A DNA stretch of 64,000 bases from Blepharisma stoltei ATCC 30299 (taxonomy: Eukaryota; Protista; Ciliophora): contig CBFDEM010000017.1 of the NCBI GenBank assembly GCA_965603825.1, forward strand, positions 248,001 through 312,000, given 5' to 3'. Shown one piece after another: positions 32,730-44,542 of the stretch. How positions within the stretch are numbered: position 1 is the first letter of the stretch; each line of letters begins with the position of its first letter. The notes beneath the pieces are model-generated. The model did not search any database, was not told the DNA's origin, and worked only from the letters and a program-made list of their open reading frames with translations. Position numbers and translations under genes: made by a program.

Positions 32730-32773
32730 TTACAACATAAAATTAATTTCTTTTAAATTCAATTAGCTTAAAT

Positions 32774-33778
32774 TTATCCTAATTTCCCAGCATCTCTTTT
32801 TCTTAATATTCTGGAAATCGAAGTATGCAGCAAGTTATCAATGAGTCCAGCCACTGTAAATACACCTCCTACAATAGCGCAAACCTGAACCACAAAGTGG
32901 AAAAAGCTTTCTTGGTTTTGTGTGAATTTCACAGTCACAGGGCTTAAGTCATATCTGAAAAACACAGCCGGCATCCCTTGAGCTGAAAATTCATTAGTAT
33001 TTGCAGTAAATTGGTGCACAAAGTACTCAGCTCCAGCCAAAGTTTGATAAGTAGTCGGTACAACCTTAATATAGTATTCATATGATAATGGATCTCTTAC
33101 TGAATCTGGCCTAATTCTTTTGAGATCGTCAAGAGGGCTTAAAACTCCTTCAGCGAAATGATTCTTAATGAACTCAATATCTTTATTATCCCCAAACGAT
33201 AAGTGATGGACTATATGGGAAAAATCTAATTTTGAGTTATCATTCCCAATAATCATATGCAGCTGGTTATGAAATGCATGGCTTGACACGTGGAAATTCC
33301 CAGGCACTTTATTTACCAAAATATGCCCTAATAGCTGGCACCCTTCTCTGCTTTCAATTTGTTTCTTAACCTCTTGTACATTTCCTTCATTATGGTCTCC
33401 TTTAAACATGTCTTCTTCTTGTATGTTTTTTCCTTCTGGGCTTAGCCTGATTTTTTTCATGGCTCCGCCTACATCTACAACGTGAGAACCCATAATGTCT
33501 TGAGCGTCCAATGAAAGAAGCCCACACGGGTATTTGGGGAAGGTAAGGTTGATATTAATGACAAGTTTTTCGCCTCCTCGGTTTATATCGACAAACATTT
33601 CTGTGTTAGTGTTGACTTTTAGATATTCAGCGAGCTCAGTTAAGAAGAGGAGTGTCATAAAGGCACATGCAATTATTGAAACGAAGGCACCTGATAAAGT
33701 AGGCTCTGTCAGGTCGTGGGGGAGCTTCCTGTAAACGTCAAACCTCTTTAGCTTTGACTTGACTGTCTCACTAAACAT
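32774..33778 (-). CDS. ERGIC3/Erv46-like COPII cargo protein
   Basis: LKRFDVYRK, LSLDAQDIMG, EGCQL.G...NKVPGNFH, YYIKVVPT, PAVFFRYDLSPV, CAIVGGVFTV, C-terminal GKLG. Confidence 0.9.
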   Translation of the reverse strand: MFSETVKSKLKRFDVYRKLPHDLTEPTLSGAFVSIIACAFMTLLFLTELAEYLKVNTNTEMFVDINRGGEKLVININLTFPKYPCGLLSLDAQDIMGSHVVDVGGAMKKIRLSPEGKNIQEEDMFKGDHNEGNVQEVKKQIESREGCQLLGHILVNKVPGNFHVSSHAFHNQLHMIIGNDNSKLDFSHIVHHLSFGDNKDIEFIKNHFAEGVLSPLDDLKRIRPDSVRDPLSYEYYIKVVPTTYQTLAGAEYFVHQFTANTNEFSAQGMPAVFFRYDLSPVTVKFTQNQESFFHFVVQVCAIVGGVFTVAGLIDNLLHTSISRILRKRDAGKLG

Positions 33779-34160
33779 TATAAATGGTGAAAGAGTTTCA
33801 GAATTAATCGAAGCAGAAAATCAAGAGATGTATCAATATTTAGCAGGGAAGAAAATATAGCATATTAAGTTTTTTTCATAATCTGTTGTGGAACTATAGA
33901 TTTAGATCTGCTCAATTTAAAATTATGTCTAATACAGAGAATATGTAAATAGCTAATCCAAGAGACTATAAGAAAGAATAGCTAAATTTTTAAAAAATTC
34001 ATATAAATTATTGATAAAAATCTGAATAATCAATAGTGACTTTACTGTTGTAGCCTATTGAGAATAATAAATGATTTATATTATAATCATAATCAATCAG
34101 AATTAATTTCAAATTAATTGACTTAAATGTCATAGCTTTTAATAATAAAATCACATCAAT

Positions 34161-36371
34161 ATGCTTGGCCGGCAAGTATGGAAACTCTATCGTTTAAAGA
34201 CTCAGCCTCTAACTAGATTCTTTTCTGATGACAAACCTCCTAAAGGCTTTGAAAAATACTATAAAAAGCGTGATCAAAAGAAATCTTCCCAAACCCAAGA
34301 AAAACCAAAAGAAGAAGAATCTAAAGAAGAGCACAAAGAGCCTCCCCATGAAGAAAAGAAAACAGAGAACCGCTGGCAGAATTTTTTCAATGATTTCGAC
34401 TTTCAACACCACTGAAAAAGGTTCAAAAACATTGACCCTAAAGACTATCGAAGCACCATTCTTCTATTTTCATGTCTTGGAATCGGGTACACAACATATA
34501 AAATTGCAAGTTATGAGCCAATTCCTACAATCCCATATCAAGAATTTGTCCAAAAATATCTCCTTACTGACTCAATTAAAAAAATATCTCTAGAAGTCCA
34601 TAAAGTCACAAAAGAACACGAAAATCCTTTACATAGAGCTTGGATTATAGACAAAGATGACAAAACAGTCGCATTAATCAAGGTCCCAGACCTCGCTGCG
34701 TTCAAATTTGCTTTAGAAGAAGCTCAATTTAATAATGGAAAGCCTAAAAAAGATTTTATTCCAGTAGAATATAAAGACATTGAGTCTCATGCCCCAAAAC
34801 TCCTGCTTTTACTTGATCTATTTTTTGCTGTCTCTATGATTGCAATGCTTTTTTCATTGAATTCAGTATCAAAAATCAATAAAAAAGGCGGATTTAAGGA
34901 TGGAGGCTTTATGGACATGTTTAGCCCTTCTAAAGGAAACTTTAAAGTATATGGCGTTGATAGTAAAAAAATTGACGTAAGATTTAAAGACGTAGCTGGT
35001 CTTCATGAGGCTAAAAAAGAAATCATGGAATTTGTCGAATTTTTAAAAAATCCACAAAAATTCAAAAAATTGGGAGCAAGAATACCAAGAGGCGCTCTGC
35101 TATGTGGCCCACCTGGGACTGGGAAAACATTATTAGCCAAAGCTGCAGCAGGAGAAGCAGGGGTGCCATTTTTCTCAATTTCAGGCTCAGATTTTGTCGA
35201 AATGTTTGTAGGAGTCGGTGCATCTAGAGTTCGCCAGCTCTTTAAAGCTGCCCGAGACAAAGCTCCAGCGATTATTTTTATTGATGAAATCGATGCAGTT
35301 GGCAGAAAACGCCACACAAGTATAGGTAGAAATGACGAAAAAGACAACACTCTCAACCAGTTACTAGTAGAAATGGACGGTTTTACCACAGATACACATG
35401 TAGTTGTGATGGCAGGGACAAACAGAAAAGATATATTAGACAATGCTTTATTAAGACCAGGTAGATTTGATAGGACAATTGATCTTACATTGCCAGATAT
35501 TGAAGAAAGAGAACAAATTTTAAAGGTCCATCTTGCCCCACTTACACTTAACCCAGAAATGCCGCTAGAAGCCTACGCTAAAAGAGTAGCTGCTTTATCT
35601 CCTGGGTTCAGTGGAGCAGATTTAGCGAATTTGTGCAATGAAGCTGCTATTCTTGCAGCAAGAAAAGATAAAGAGTCAGTTGACAAAGCTGACTTTGAGA
35701 ATGCGTCTGAAAGAATTTTGGGAGGTTTAGAAGTAACCACAAAATTGTCAAAAAATGAAAAAAATATTGTGGCGCATCATGAAGCTGGACATGCTGTTGC
35801 TGGGTGGTTTTTAGAAGGTGCTGATCCTGTGTTGAAGGTTAGTATTTTGCCGAGGTCAAAAGGAGCTTTAGGATTTGCGCAGCTATTGCCTGGTGAGAAT
35901 AGCCTTTATAAAAAGAAAGAACTGCTGGATAAGATGGCTACAATATTAGGAGGGAGGGTAGCTGAAGAAATGTTTTTTGGGAAAGTTACGACTGGAGCGC
36001 AGAATGATTTGCAAATGGCTACACGTATAGCGCAGGAAATTGTGAGTGAATATGGGATGAATGAGAGATTGGGGGTAATTGGATATAACACAGAAAAAGA
36101 AGAATTTCTTAAGCCTTATAGTGAAGACACCAATGCTATCATTGATGAAGAAGTAAGAAAACTTGTAGAGAGCTGCTTAGTAAAGGCTAGAGAGTTATTA
36201 TCAGACAAAAGGGATTTAATAGAAAAATTAGCACAAGCATTGCTCAGCAAAGAAAGAGTTGTCCATAAAGACTTAATTGAAATTTTAGGCCCAAGGCCAT
36301 TTGATGTATCAGGAGAATATAAAAGATACTTAGAAGAAGAAGTTACAGAAAAAGAACCAGCTAGCGCATAA
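34161..36371 (+). CDS. Mitochondrial m-AAA protease (AFG3L2/paraplegin, FtsH family)
   Basis: Mito-like presequence; frame continues through TGA 34413; GPPGTGKT, IFIDEIDAVG, LLRPGRFDR, HEAGH Zn motif, TTGAQNDL. Confidence 0.94.
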
Positions 36372-36402
36372 TGATACAAATTAATTTCTATTTATTTTAA
36401 TT

Positions 36403-38025
36403 TTAGCTAAATTCAAATATCGTTGGCGTTTCTTCAATTTTTGTCTCTACAATATCACATAATTGCCCAAAGAACTCTTCATGAATTTGTTGTGCAGTAA
36501 CAAAATTATCACCTATCGGTATATTTCCTATTAAATTTTCAAGCTCATCAAGGCAGCCTGTCTCTTCAAATAAAATTGTGACTTGGTTAGATACATCATG
36601 GACTCGATCTTGCTCAGCCTTTCCAGCTTCAAGTAGACCAGAGCAAATAATCAAAACTACAGATAAAAAATCAGGCTCAAATTCTGAATTTAAAGCGCCT
36701 TTTAAATAATCAAATATTTTAAGGTCAATAAGTTTAAGTATAGAGGTGTGGCTTGATAGAATAATAAAGTTTGATATCATTAATGAGCACTCATATTTAA
36801 CTTGAGCATCAATATCGTGTAGTCCTCTCATTGAAAGGGCAGCAATTTCGTGATTTAAATATTGATTTCTTTCAGATTTTGACCCACATACGATATTGTC
36901 TAAAGCGAGGTAAACTGTTTTTCTCATTTCTGCATTTGGGTGCTCAATTAATAACAGTAATTTATCAAGAACTCCACAATCTAACAGCTGCTGAGTTGTT
37001 TTTTTATCAAGTGCTAAAAAATTCGCGACTATTTTTACTGCGTTTTTCACTAAATTTTCTTCTGATAATGTTAGACTTTGTACACAAAATCCTCCCAAAT
37101 TATTTTCTAAAACCAGTTCAATTTTGCTACTATCTTCACATCTTGAAATGTGTCTCAATGCTTCTAAGCAGTCCTCTTTCATTACAGGATCCTGAAAAAA
37201 TATCATTTTTCCGATCCACTGAAGAATGATATCAATCTGTTCGATTGGAATTTCATCTGCGTAATGAGTAATGTTTCTTACAAGTTGTGAAAGGACGCCT
37301 AATAAGTCAAAATTATCTTCTCTAGTGCTTTCAAGCAGCTGGGAAATCTGAGCAATTACTGGTGAACTAATTATTGCCTTTGCGTACTCATAGCAGTCTC
37401 CACAAAGGTTAGCTATTCCTCTAATCGCCACAGAGGAAGTTTGGATATTTCTTGGTGAAATTATTTTAAGGAAGCTTTGGAGCCCTTCTGCCTGAAAAAC
37501 GTCAGATGTGTATTCGTGTGGTCCTGTACATAAATTGGCCAGACAGACTGCCGCATTATACACAATTGTGCTGGGGTATTTGTAATCCATTAGTCTTTGA
37601 AGGATTGGGATAAAGTTAAGAGAGACAATGGTGTTAAATGGGATGTCTTCATCAATAGCTAAAGCTGCTACTAAAACTCCTAAGCCTTGATCTAATACAT
37701 TGGTATCGGTATCTTCAGTCATAATTTCATGGATGATTTTTAGCTTATCGACTGGCTTCACATTCAAGGAAGCAAGCTCTGGGTTCATTTTTATCAGATG
37801 GAAAGGCAGATTACTAACTAAAACATTTTCCTTTTCACTATAGTGAATTAGGAATGAATACCCACTCGCCACCGCCCTTCGTTTTGTAGTGTTTTGTGAC
37901 CTGATTTTCTTCCTTAATTCAACAGCATAGTTTTCTTGTTTTTTCTTTAGCAAATCAGTACCAGCCACTTGCTGGAATCCATATATCCTGTCTTCAAATC
38001 TTGACTGCACAGAAGTTATGTCCAT
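36403..38025 (-). CDS. Divergent importin-alpha-like ARM-repeat protein
   Basis: IBB-like AVELRK..R...KRR; ARM motifs CLANLCTG, GIANLCGD, ALDNIVCG; GCLDELENL; acidic FEFS tail. Confidence 0.75.
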   Translation of the reverse strand: MDITSVQSRFEDRIYGFQQVAGTDLLKKKQENYAVELRKKIRSQNTTKRRAVASGYSFLIHYSEKENVLVSNLPFHLIKMNPELASLNVKPVDKLKIIHEIMTEDTDTNVLDQGLGVLVAALAIDEDIPFNTIVSLNFIPILQRLMDYKYPSTIVYNAAVCLANLCTGPHEYTSDVFQAEGLQSFLKIISPRNIQTSSVAIRGIANLCGDCYEYAKAIISSPVIAQISQLLESTREDNFDLLGVLSQLVRNITHYADEIPIEQIDIILQWIGKMIFFQDPVMKEDCLEALRHISRCEDSSKIELVLENNLGGFCVQSLTLSEENLVKNAVKIVANFLALDKKTTQQLLDCGVLDKLLLLIEHPNAEMRKTVYLALDNIVCGSKSERNQYLNHEIAALSMRGLHDIDAQVKYECSLMISNFIILSSHTSILKLIDLKIFDYLKGALNSEFEPDFLSVVLIICSGLLEAGKAEQDRVHDVSNQVTILFEETGCLDELENLIGNIPIGDNFVTAQQIHEEFFGQLCDIVETKIEETPTIFEFS

Positions 38026-38347
38026 TTCCCGCTTTATTAAATATGAACTGATTTTAATTTTCTTAATTTATCAATAAATTGATATTTTCAGCGTTTATAT
38101 CTCTCCTTTCATAAGTGGATATTGATATTTAAAAATTAAAGCTAAATTAAGGCATTATTATTTTAACTAATTATTGAAATATTTATTGAATTATTGAATA
38201 ATTTCAATTTAAAATTCTATTTTTATATAGAGTATGCATATTTGAACATTTGCATAATACAGAGCCCCTTTATGATTTACTAAAAATATTCCAAAGATAT
38301 TTTTCTATTACTAAACAGAAGCCTTCTAATAAATTAATAAATCGTAA

Positions 38348-39604
38348 TTAATTATCAATATATTTATCTTTAATTTTGTCTAATAATGATTTCAAGAGTT
38401 CAGGATTTGTCCCTCCACCTATATGATCTATATGTGAGCCTGACCCATACTCACAATTTGTCAAGGTCCCATCTATTATAACTTTAACAATATCAGCAAG
38501 CTTTGAATATGTCAGTTTTGGCTTTTCATCCTCGATTTTCAAATTAATCATTTTATCAATTGTCTTTTTCATTAAATTATGCACAGAATTTTCCTTATTC
38601 GGATCCAAAAATGAATTAATAGAAGAGACTTCTTTTACTTCTTCCTTTTTCCCAGAAATGCTATTTTTATGCTTTTTTTTAACAATTTCTGTCTCAAGCA
38701 GCTTAATCACAACTTCTCTTTGGGCTTTCTTGTAATCTTCTAAATCTTCAGGTTTCGCCATCAAAAATCCTCTTCCATACATTTTTTGTAGCTTTCTCAT
38801 ACTTTCAAAGCCTGGTGTATGGGCACACTGTAGCTGGTCGACTAAATCTGACACAATTCTGTCGATTTCTTTTTTTTCGGATTTGATATCATTATATTCA
38901 ATCTGTCGTTGTGTAATAATTGAGGATAAAACTTCGTCACAGTTGCATTCGTCAATTATATTTTGTATCACATTATCAATCTGCAAAGGCGGGATAGAAA
39001 AAGTTCCGACTGGGGTAGATAGAGATCTTTCATATGTAGGTAAACTTTCAGAGAATGGGTCAGATATAGATCGTTTTATTGAAGGCATCCCATCGCAGAG
39101 ACTGCAAGTTCAAATTTCTGATTTTAATCCGCCACAATTTTTATGAACTGTATTGAGACCACAATCTTGACACACAACTTGACGGCCGGTAGATTTATTG
39201 CATACTTGGCATTTAGAGCATTTAGGCTTTTTGCGTTTTTGAGGTAGTGTGAGGTATTTAGTATAGATTTGGTTATAAAATTCAATGCCTTCTTTTCAGT
39301 TTAATTCATTCACTGCATCATTTAGCAAATTTCCACCCTTATCGTATTTGCAATAATATTGCTCAGCACATTCAAAAAATTTTTCTTTAAATCTCCAAGT
39401 TTTGGTGATAGAAACATGATGACTGAATAAAAATTACTAATCTTGAGGTTCATGCAAAAAGCATAGGAAAATTGCATTTGCTCTTTTAGTTCGTTTTATA
39501 GCAATTGGGAGATTAATAAACTTAGGATCACAAACTCTGGCAAGGATTCCTTGAGAGTTTCGGCACTTTGTTCAAACTAGATCACCATGACGGTAAGATT
39601 CCAT
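38348..39604 (-). CDS. PWWP-like + PHD-finger chromatin protein, two exons
   Basis: MESYRHGDLV(W)TKC...ARV (PWWP-like); CQVC..CQDC...HKNC...(W)TCSLC (C4HC3 PHD); intron 39423-39437; continues in frame into track ORF 38348-39088. Confidence 0.75.
39423..39437 (-). other. 15-nt intron GTAATTTTTATTCAG
   Basis: Removes in-frame TAG/TAA; A at position 10. Confidence 0.85.
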
Positions 39605-39766
39605 CTTAATAAATATCTTTTTAAGCTTAATGAGCTTAATACATTTCATAAACTATTGTATTATGCTATTTTTCGGAAGTCAATTATAAGTTAGACGAAA
39701 TTATCCAAAATGTATACTTATGCGTTAAATAAAAATGCAGTGAAAAACGATTATTGGCAATAAAAT

Positions 39767-40570
39767 ATGGGTTGCTGTGGTTCCAGTCAAGTAGTTGCAC
39801 CTCCTCCTGCTCCAATTCCAATTAAAATTGACCCAACTTTACCTCCAGCAGAGCAAGAAGCCATTAAAGAACAAGTCAACGTCAGAGCCAACAAAATTGC
39901 TGCAGCCCAAAAGCTTGAACTCGACCCAGAAGAGAAAGTAATCAGATCTGAAGAAAAGAAGATTCCTTTTGCCCAAAAGAAGGCAAGAGATCTTGATCAA
40001 GCCCTCAAAGCAAATTCGCTTGAAGGAAAACTCAGTGTTCCTCAGCTGAAAAGAGCAACCGCGCACCTAGAAATAAACCCAGAAATTTTCACTGACCCAG
40101 ATCTTGCTGTCTACAAGTTTTTGAAAAAATTCTCTGAAGGAAAATTATATGAAGTAAAATCTCTAGCACTATGTGGAATCCTAATAGGTCAAGGTAGCAA
40201 TAAAGATAAAGCAGAAGTTTTATTTGACCATTTCGATATTGACGCCAGTGGCAAGCTTGAAAAAGAAGAACTTAGAAAAATGCTTGATGAAATGGTCGTT
40301 TTGTCAGCAGAAAAAGCTCCAATTGCAGCTATTGGTGAAGGACTTTTAACTGAAGAGCAAGCAATCGCCTACTCAAAGAAATTAATTGGTGCTAAAGAAG
40401 GGTTTATTAGAACAATTATTGAAGTACTGGTGGAAGCTGGAGAAGATGGAGTTTCAAAGGTAGAGTTTGAGAAAAAGGTGAGCGGACACCCAACACTTCA
40501 AAGACTTTTGTGGAGTTATGGAATTAGACAGTCCCTATTTGAAGAAGCTAATGATGTCTTCGCACTTTAA
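39767..40570 (+). CDS. Dually acylated (MGCCGS) EF-hand protein
   Basis: N-myristoylation/palmitoylation-type start; EF loop DIDASGKLEKEE. Confidence 0.8.
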   Translation: MGCCGSSQVVAPPPAPIPIKIDPTLPPAEQEAIKEQVNVRANKIAAAQKLELDPEEKVIRSEEKKIPFAQKKARDLDQALKANSLEGKLSVPQLKRATAHLEINPEIFTDPDLAVYKFLKKFSEGKLYEVKSLALCGILIGQGSNKDKAEVLFDHFDIDASGKLEKEELRKMLDEMVVLSAEKAPIAAIGEGLLTEEQAIAYSKKLIGAKEGFIRTIIEVLVEAGEDGVSKVEFEKKVSGHPTLQRLLWSYGIRQSLFEEANDVFAL

Positions 40571-40639
40571 ATTAAATGGCTTTAAACAATAATTACTAAT
40601 TATTTATAGGGAATATGTGAGATAAGGTTGTCGGATAGT

Positions 40640-42166
40640 TTAAATTAAAATTGATGTTCTTTGGAAGTTTAAGTAAACTAAAGTGCCTAATATAAAAATA
40701 AATGCACAGAGAAGAAGCTGGGTCGTGTTTCATGATGATTCTTCGAATGATTGCTGATTTAATTTTATTTTGGGCTTTATTTCATTTCTGCCATTTAAAT
40801 AGCTAGGTTTTCTCCTATAAATTGTACTTTGACGGTCATGAGGACTTGGCGATCTTTCTGATCCATTTATTGACATATTTTCAGATCTCGGATGCCTTGT
40901 ATAGCCCTCTGAATTTCAGTCATCATATATATCATAAAATGATGATTGGCTTATATTTCTAGGCGTATAATTCCTTGACATAACCGATCTTATTCCCCTT
41001 TCTGACAAATTTCTTCCATTTTGATCATATTTTCGATATTTTTTTCCTTCAGAGTTTCAAGATTTTGCTGAATTGCTCCTCGACCTATTTGAATTTTTAT
41101 CAGAATCAGCCTCCATTCCATACTGTGAATTTACTTCAGAATGGCTTAAAGAATCCATAGGGGTCTTTTGAGGGGTTTTCATAATAGAGCGCGGAGGTGT
41201 CGCAATTGAATACTTTGATATAGAAATTTCTTCCATTTTCGAAGATGCATCATAATTTGAATTTTCAGCCTGAATTTCTGTAGAATTTTCAATTGAAAAG
41301 TCTGCATCATTAGTCTCTTCCATGTGAAAGCTGACTCTTTTGCTATGGCTTGGATTATGAAATTCTTCTGATAACTTTCTGCTTTGTGGAGAGCTTTGGT
41401 TAATATTTTTACTGTTAATCCGCCTATATATTTGAATTTTTTCTTTTGTTAGGTCTATTTTTGCATCAATTTCATGGGCTTTGTTTTTGATTACAGAAAG
41501 ATAGTCATTTAGATTGTTGATATTTTTATCTCTTGATGCCAAATGTTGTTCTAAATGAATTTTCATGCTTTTAATCATTGAATCAATATACAATATCTTT
41601 TCCTTTTGCGTTTGTTTTAAAACTTCTAAATCTTTTATAGGAGAATTTGCATTAAGTAATAATTGTTCTTTGCTTCTCAGCTTTTCCTTTATTATAACGA
41701 CATGCTTTGATATATTATTTTTCTGTTTGAGGACTCTTTCAAGATTTTCTACTTTGGCTTTATTACCATCAAATGACTGGAGCTCTTCAGCTTCACGTTC
41801 GATTTCTTCCAATTGTGAAGGAGAGGCTCTATCTTCAGACTCTCTTGACAATTTTTCCTCAATTATATCAATTTCGACTTCTCCATCAATGTAAGGGTCC
41901 TCTAAATTGCTTATATGCCTTATTTTTGATCTAGAAATTTTATTTTCATCTGAGTCTTCTTCCTCTGATTGTCCTGTTTCAATACATTGAATTGAACTTA
42001 CAATTGAATTTTCTGTGTCCATCACTGGAAAAAGTGCAGTGTTAACTGAGGATAATGACGCCATAGATTCATTTGTTTCTAAATTGATAGGATAACTCTG
42101 AGAATTGCTAAAACTCAGTTCATATGGTGATTGCATTTTATCTTGATTTGAAAAACTTCCCTCCAT
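40640..42166 (-). CDS. Coiled-coil/disordered protein with C-terminal transmembrane anchor
   Basis: Read-through of TGA at 41057 and two more gives ...TTQLLLCAFIFILGTLVYLNFQRTSILI-TAA (40640). Confidence 0.7.
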
Positions 42167-42342
42167 TATAACACCAATATTTATTATTGTACTTTGTAAG
42201 AACTACTTTATAGTTCAATTAGAAAACCTGCTATCTTTAATTATGCAAATTTTAATATTTTCTTGGAATAGAGACATGAGAGCAATTTATTTGAGGGAAA
42301 ATAAAAGCTTTTTTATAAAATCTGTTTAATTAAATTTCTACT

Positions 42343-43608
42343 TTATAAAATTCCTTCTAGTCTAAGTTGAATATTCTTTGCATAATCTATCAATTCTCCT
42401 GGAGATTTTAACTTAAATATCTCGCAAAGTTTATTCAAAATACTTAAATCAGTGCTTTTCTTCAGGGTCATGAATTCTTCTAATAGCCTTGTTAATAGTT
42501 TCCATGCAGATTTACATGAAATATCTTTCGATAATGCAGTTTCTGAGCATCTCTGGATGAGTTCAATAATTCTTTTATAGAATTTGCAGTATTTTTTATT
42601 TTTTTGATGATGGCTTTCTAAATACAAAACTCGTTTAATTGCTGATTTTTCATTCGAAGCACCTAAAATTCTAAATAGCTCTGAAGCTCCATTTACATCA
42701 GTTTTTGGGGTGGACTGAAGAGAACGGCTGACTTTTTCCTCAAGAAGCCTTATTTGGCTTTGAAGTTCCTTTATTTCTGAGCTTGGACTTGCTAAGTATT
42801 CTATATCACTATTTCTGAATTCAATATTCCCTGTATCAATTTTTAAGCTACTTTTCTTTGAATGCGTTTGTGATTTAATTGAGAGCTCAACAAGCTTAGA
42901 ATTTGCATGATCCAACTCCTCCTGCAATTTAAAACTTTTTTCTTGATAAAAATTAAAATTCTTTCTCAGCTCTTCATAATCTTGCTTAATTTCCCAATTT
43001 TCTTTTTCATAATTTTGTACCACTTCTTCATTTTCTTGCAGCTTTTCCAGTGTTTTTTGTATTTCCTGTTCCTTTAGCCCACATTTTTCACATTTTTCTT
43101 CTATCAGCTCCCCAATTTTGTACTCAATTATTTTATTGAGTTTTGCGATTTGATTATTTCGAATTTTTACTGTTTCTTTGAATTTAAATGACTCAATTTC
43201 TGCAGCTTCAAATTTTAACTTGAATTTTTCAACTTCTTTTAATAGTTTGGCTTCTTTAGATTGAAGGTCTTCTATAGTTGAATAAAGATCATTTTGAAGT
43301 GCAGATAAATCTTCTAATAGTTTATCTTTGTGTGCGAGTCGCTGCTCGAGATTTGCATTTTTTTCTCGCTCAGACTCAAGAAGAATGTTTAATTCTCATT
43401 GCTCGCTGGTTTGTTGCAAATCAGGGAGTTTTGAGCTAAAATTTGATGGGATTTTATTAATCTCGATTTCGATGCCTTCTTGAGGTTGAGAGTCTGCTAA
43501 TGAGTCTGCCATTGAGGCTGAGCAATTGTGGGGGTTTATTTCTTTTAACGCTATTCTAATTTGTTCAATTTCCCTTTCAATTCTGCTGTTGGTTAGATCT
43601 TCCTCCAT
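42343..43608 (-). CDS. Hypothetical coiled-coil protein
   Basis: ATG 43608, read-through of TGA 43396 joins in frame to track ORF 42343-43023. Confidence 0.7.
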
Positions 43609-43796
43609 ATATAAGTTATATAATTTACTTAACTTTAAATTTATAATACCAAATATGCTGATGCGAAAAAATATTTCAAAAATACGCCTTTTTAATAAAT
43701 CTTTCACTAATCTTAATTTGTCTTTTTAGCGTAATATTTAAAACATATATTTTCCATAATGCACTATTTAAAATAGCTCATCTTAAAACTTTAATA

Positions 43797-44450
43797 ATGG
43801 GAAAAATTGATGACCTTTTCAATTCGGTAAAGATGAATTCTTATTAGCTGAGCAATCAGAACGCTATGAAATATGATAATTTTTATGAGTGAATTCGTAA
43901 AAAAAGAAAGACCAGCACTATCTATAAGAACGAAATTTATTAGTAACGGCCTATAAAAATGTTGTCGGGAGTCAAAAAGCAACTTGATGAATTTTCAGTT
44001 CAACAGAAGAAAAGAAGGCAGAAGAAATAATGAAAAAGCAACCAAAGAAATTCTGAATATAAGTTAAAAATTGAAAATGAGCTAAGAAACTTTCTTAGAA
44101 ATTCTGAGATTAACAGACTCAGAGTTCCTCGATTAGGAAATGGTGAGCCTAGGGTATTTTATTTGAAAATAAAAGAAGATTGCTATAGATATATTTGTGA
44201 ATTTTCCATAGGGTAGACTAGAGATGAAGTTGAAAAAATGGGAGCTGAGCTATGAAATGCATTAAGCTTCTGAAGAAGATTTGCCTCCAAATAATTCTTC
44301 AAAGTTTCGATTCATTTTGAGCTTTTTCGTTTTTAGCTATGAAATAGATGATATATCAACGGCATTAAAGCATTTTATGAAGTAATTCGGGATCTTGATA
44401 ACTTAGCTAATGAATCTTCCTCAATCTGAAAATTAAGATTAAAGTGATTT
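43797..44450 (+). pseudogene. 14-3-3 pseudogene
   Basis: LAEQSERYE / ERNLLVTAYKNVVGSQKAT(W) / EYKLKIENEL / RVFYLKIKEDCYRYICEF / LPPNNSSKFRFILSFFVFSYEI / AFYEVIRDLDNLANES in collinear order, interrupted by frameshifts and TAG. Confidence 0.85.
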
Positions 44451-44542
44451 TATATAATTTTTAAATTTCTAAACTAGATTGATTTTATATTTATGAAAGA
44501 ATTTTCTCATAATCTTGATATTTATTTTACAAGATTAGTAAC

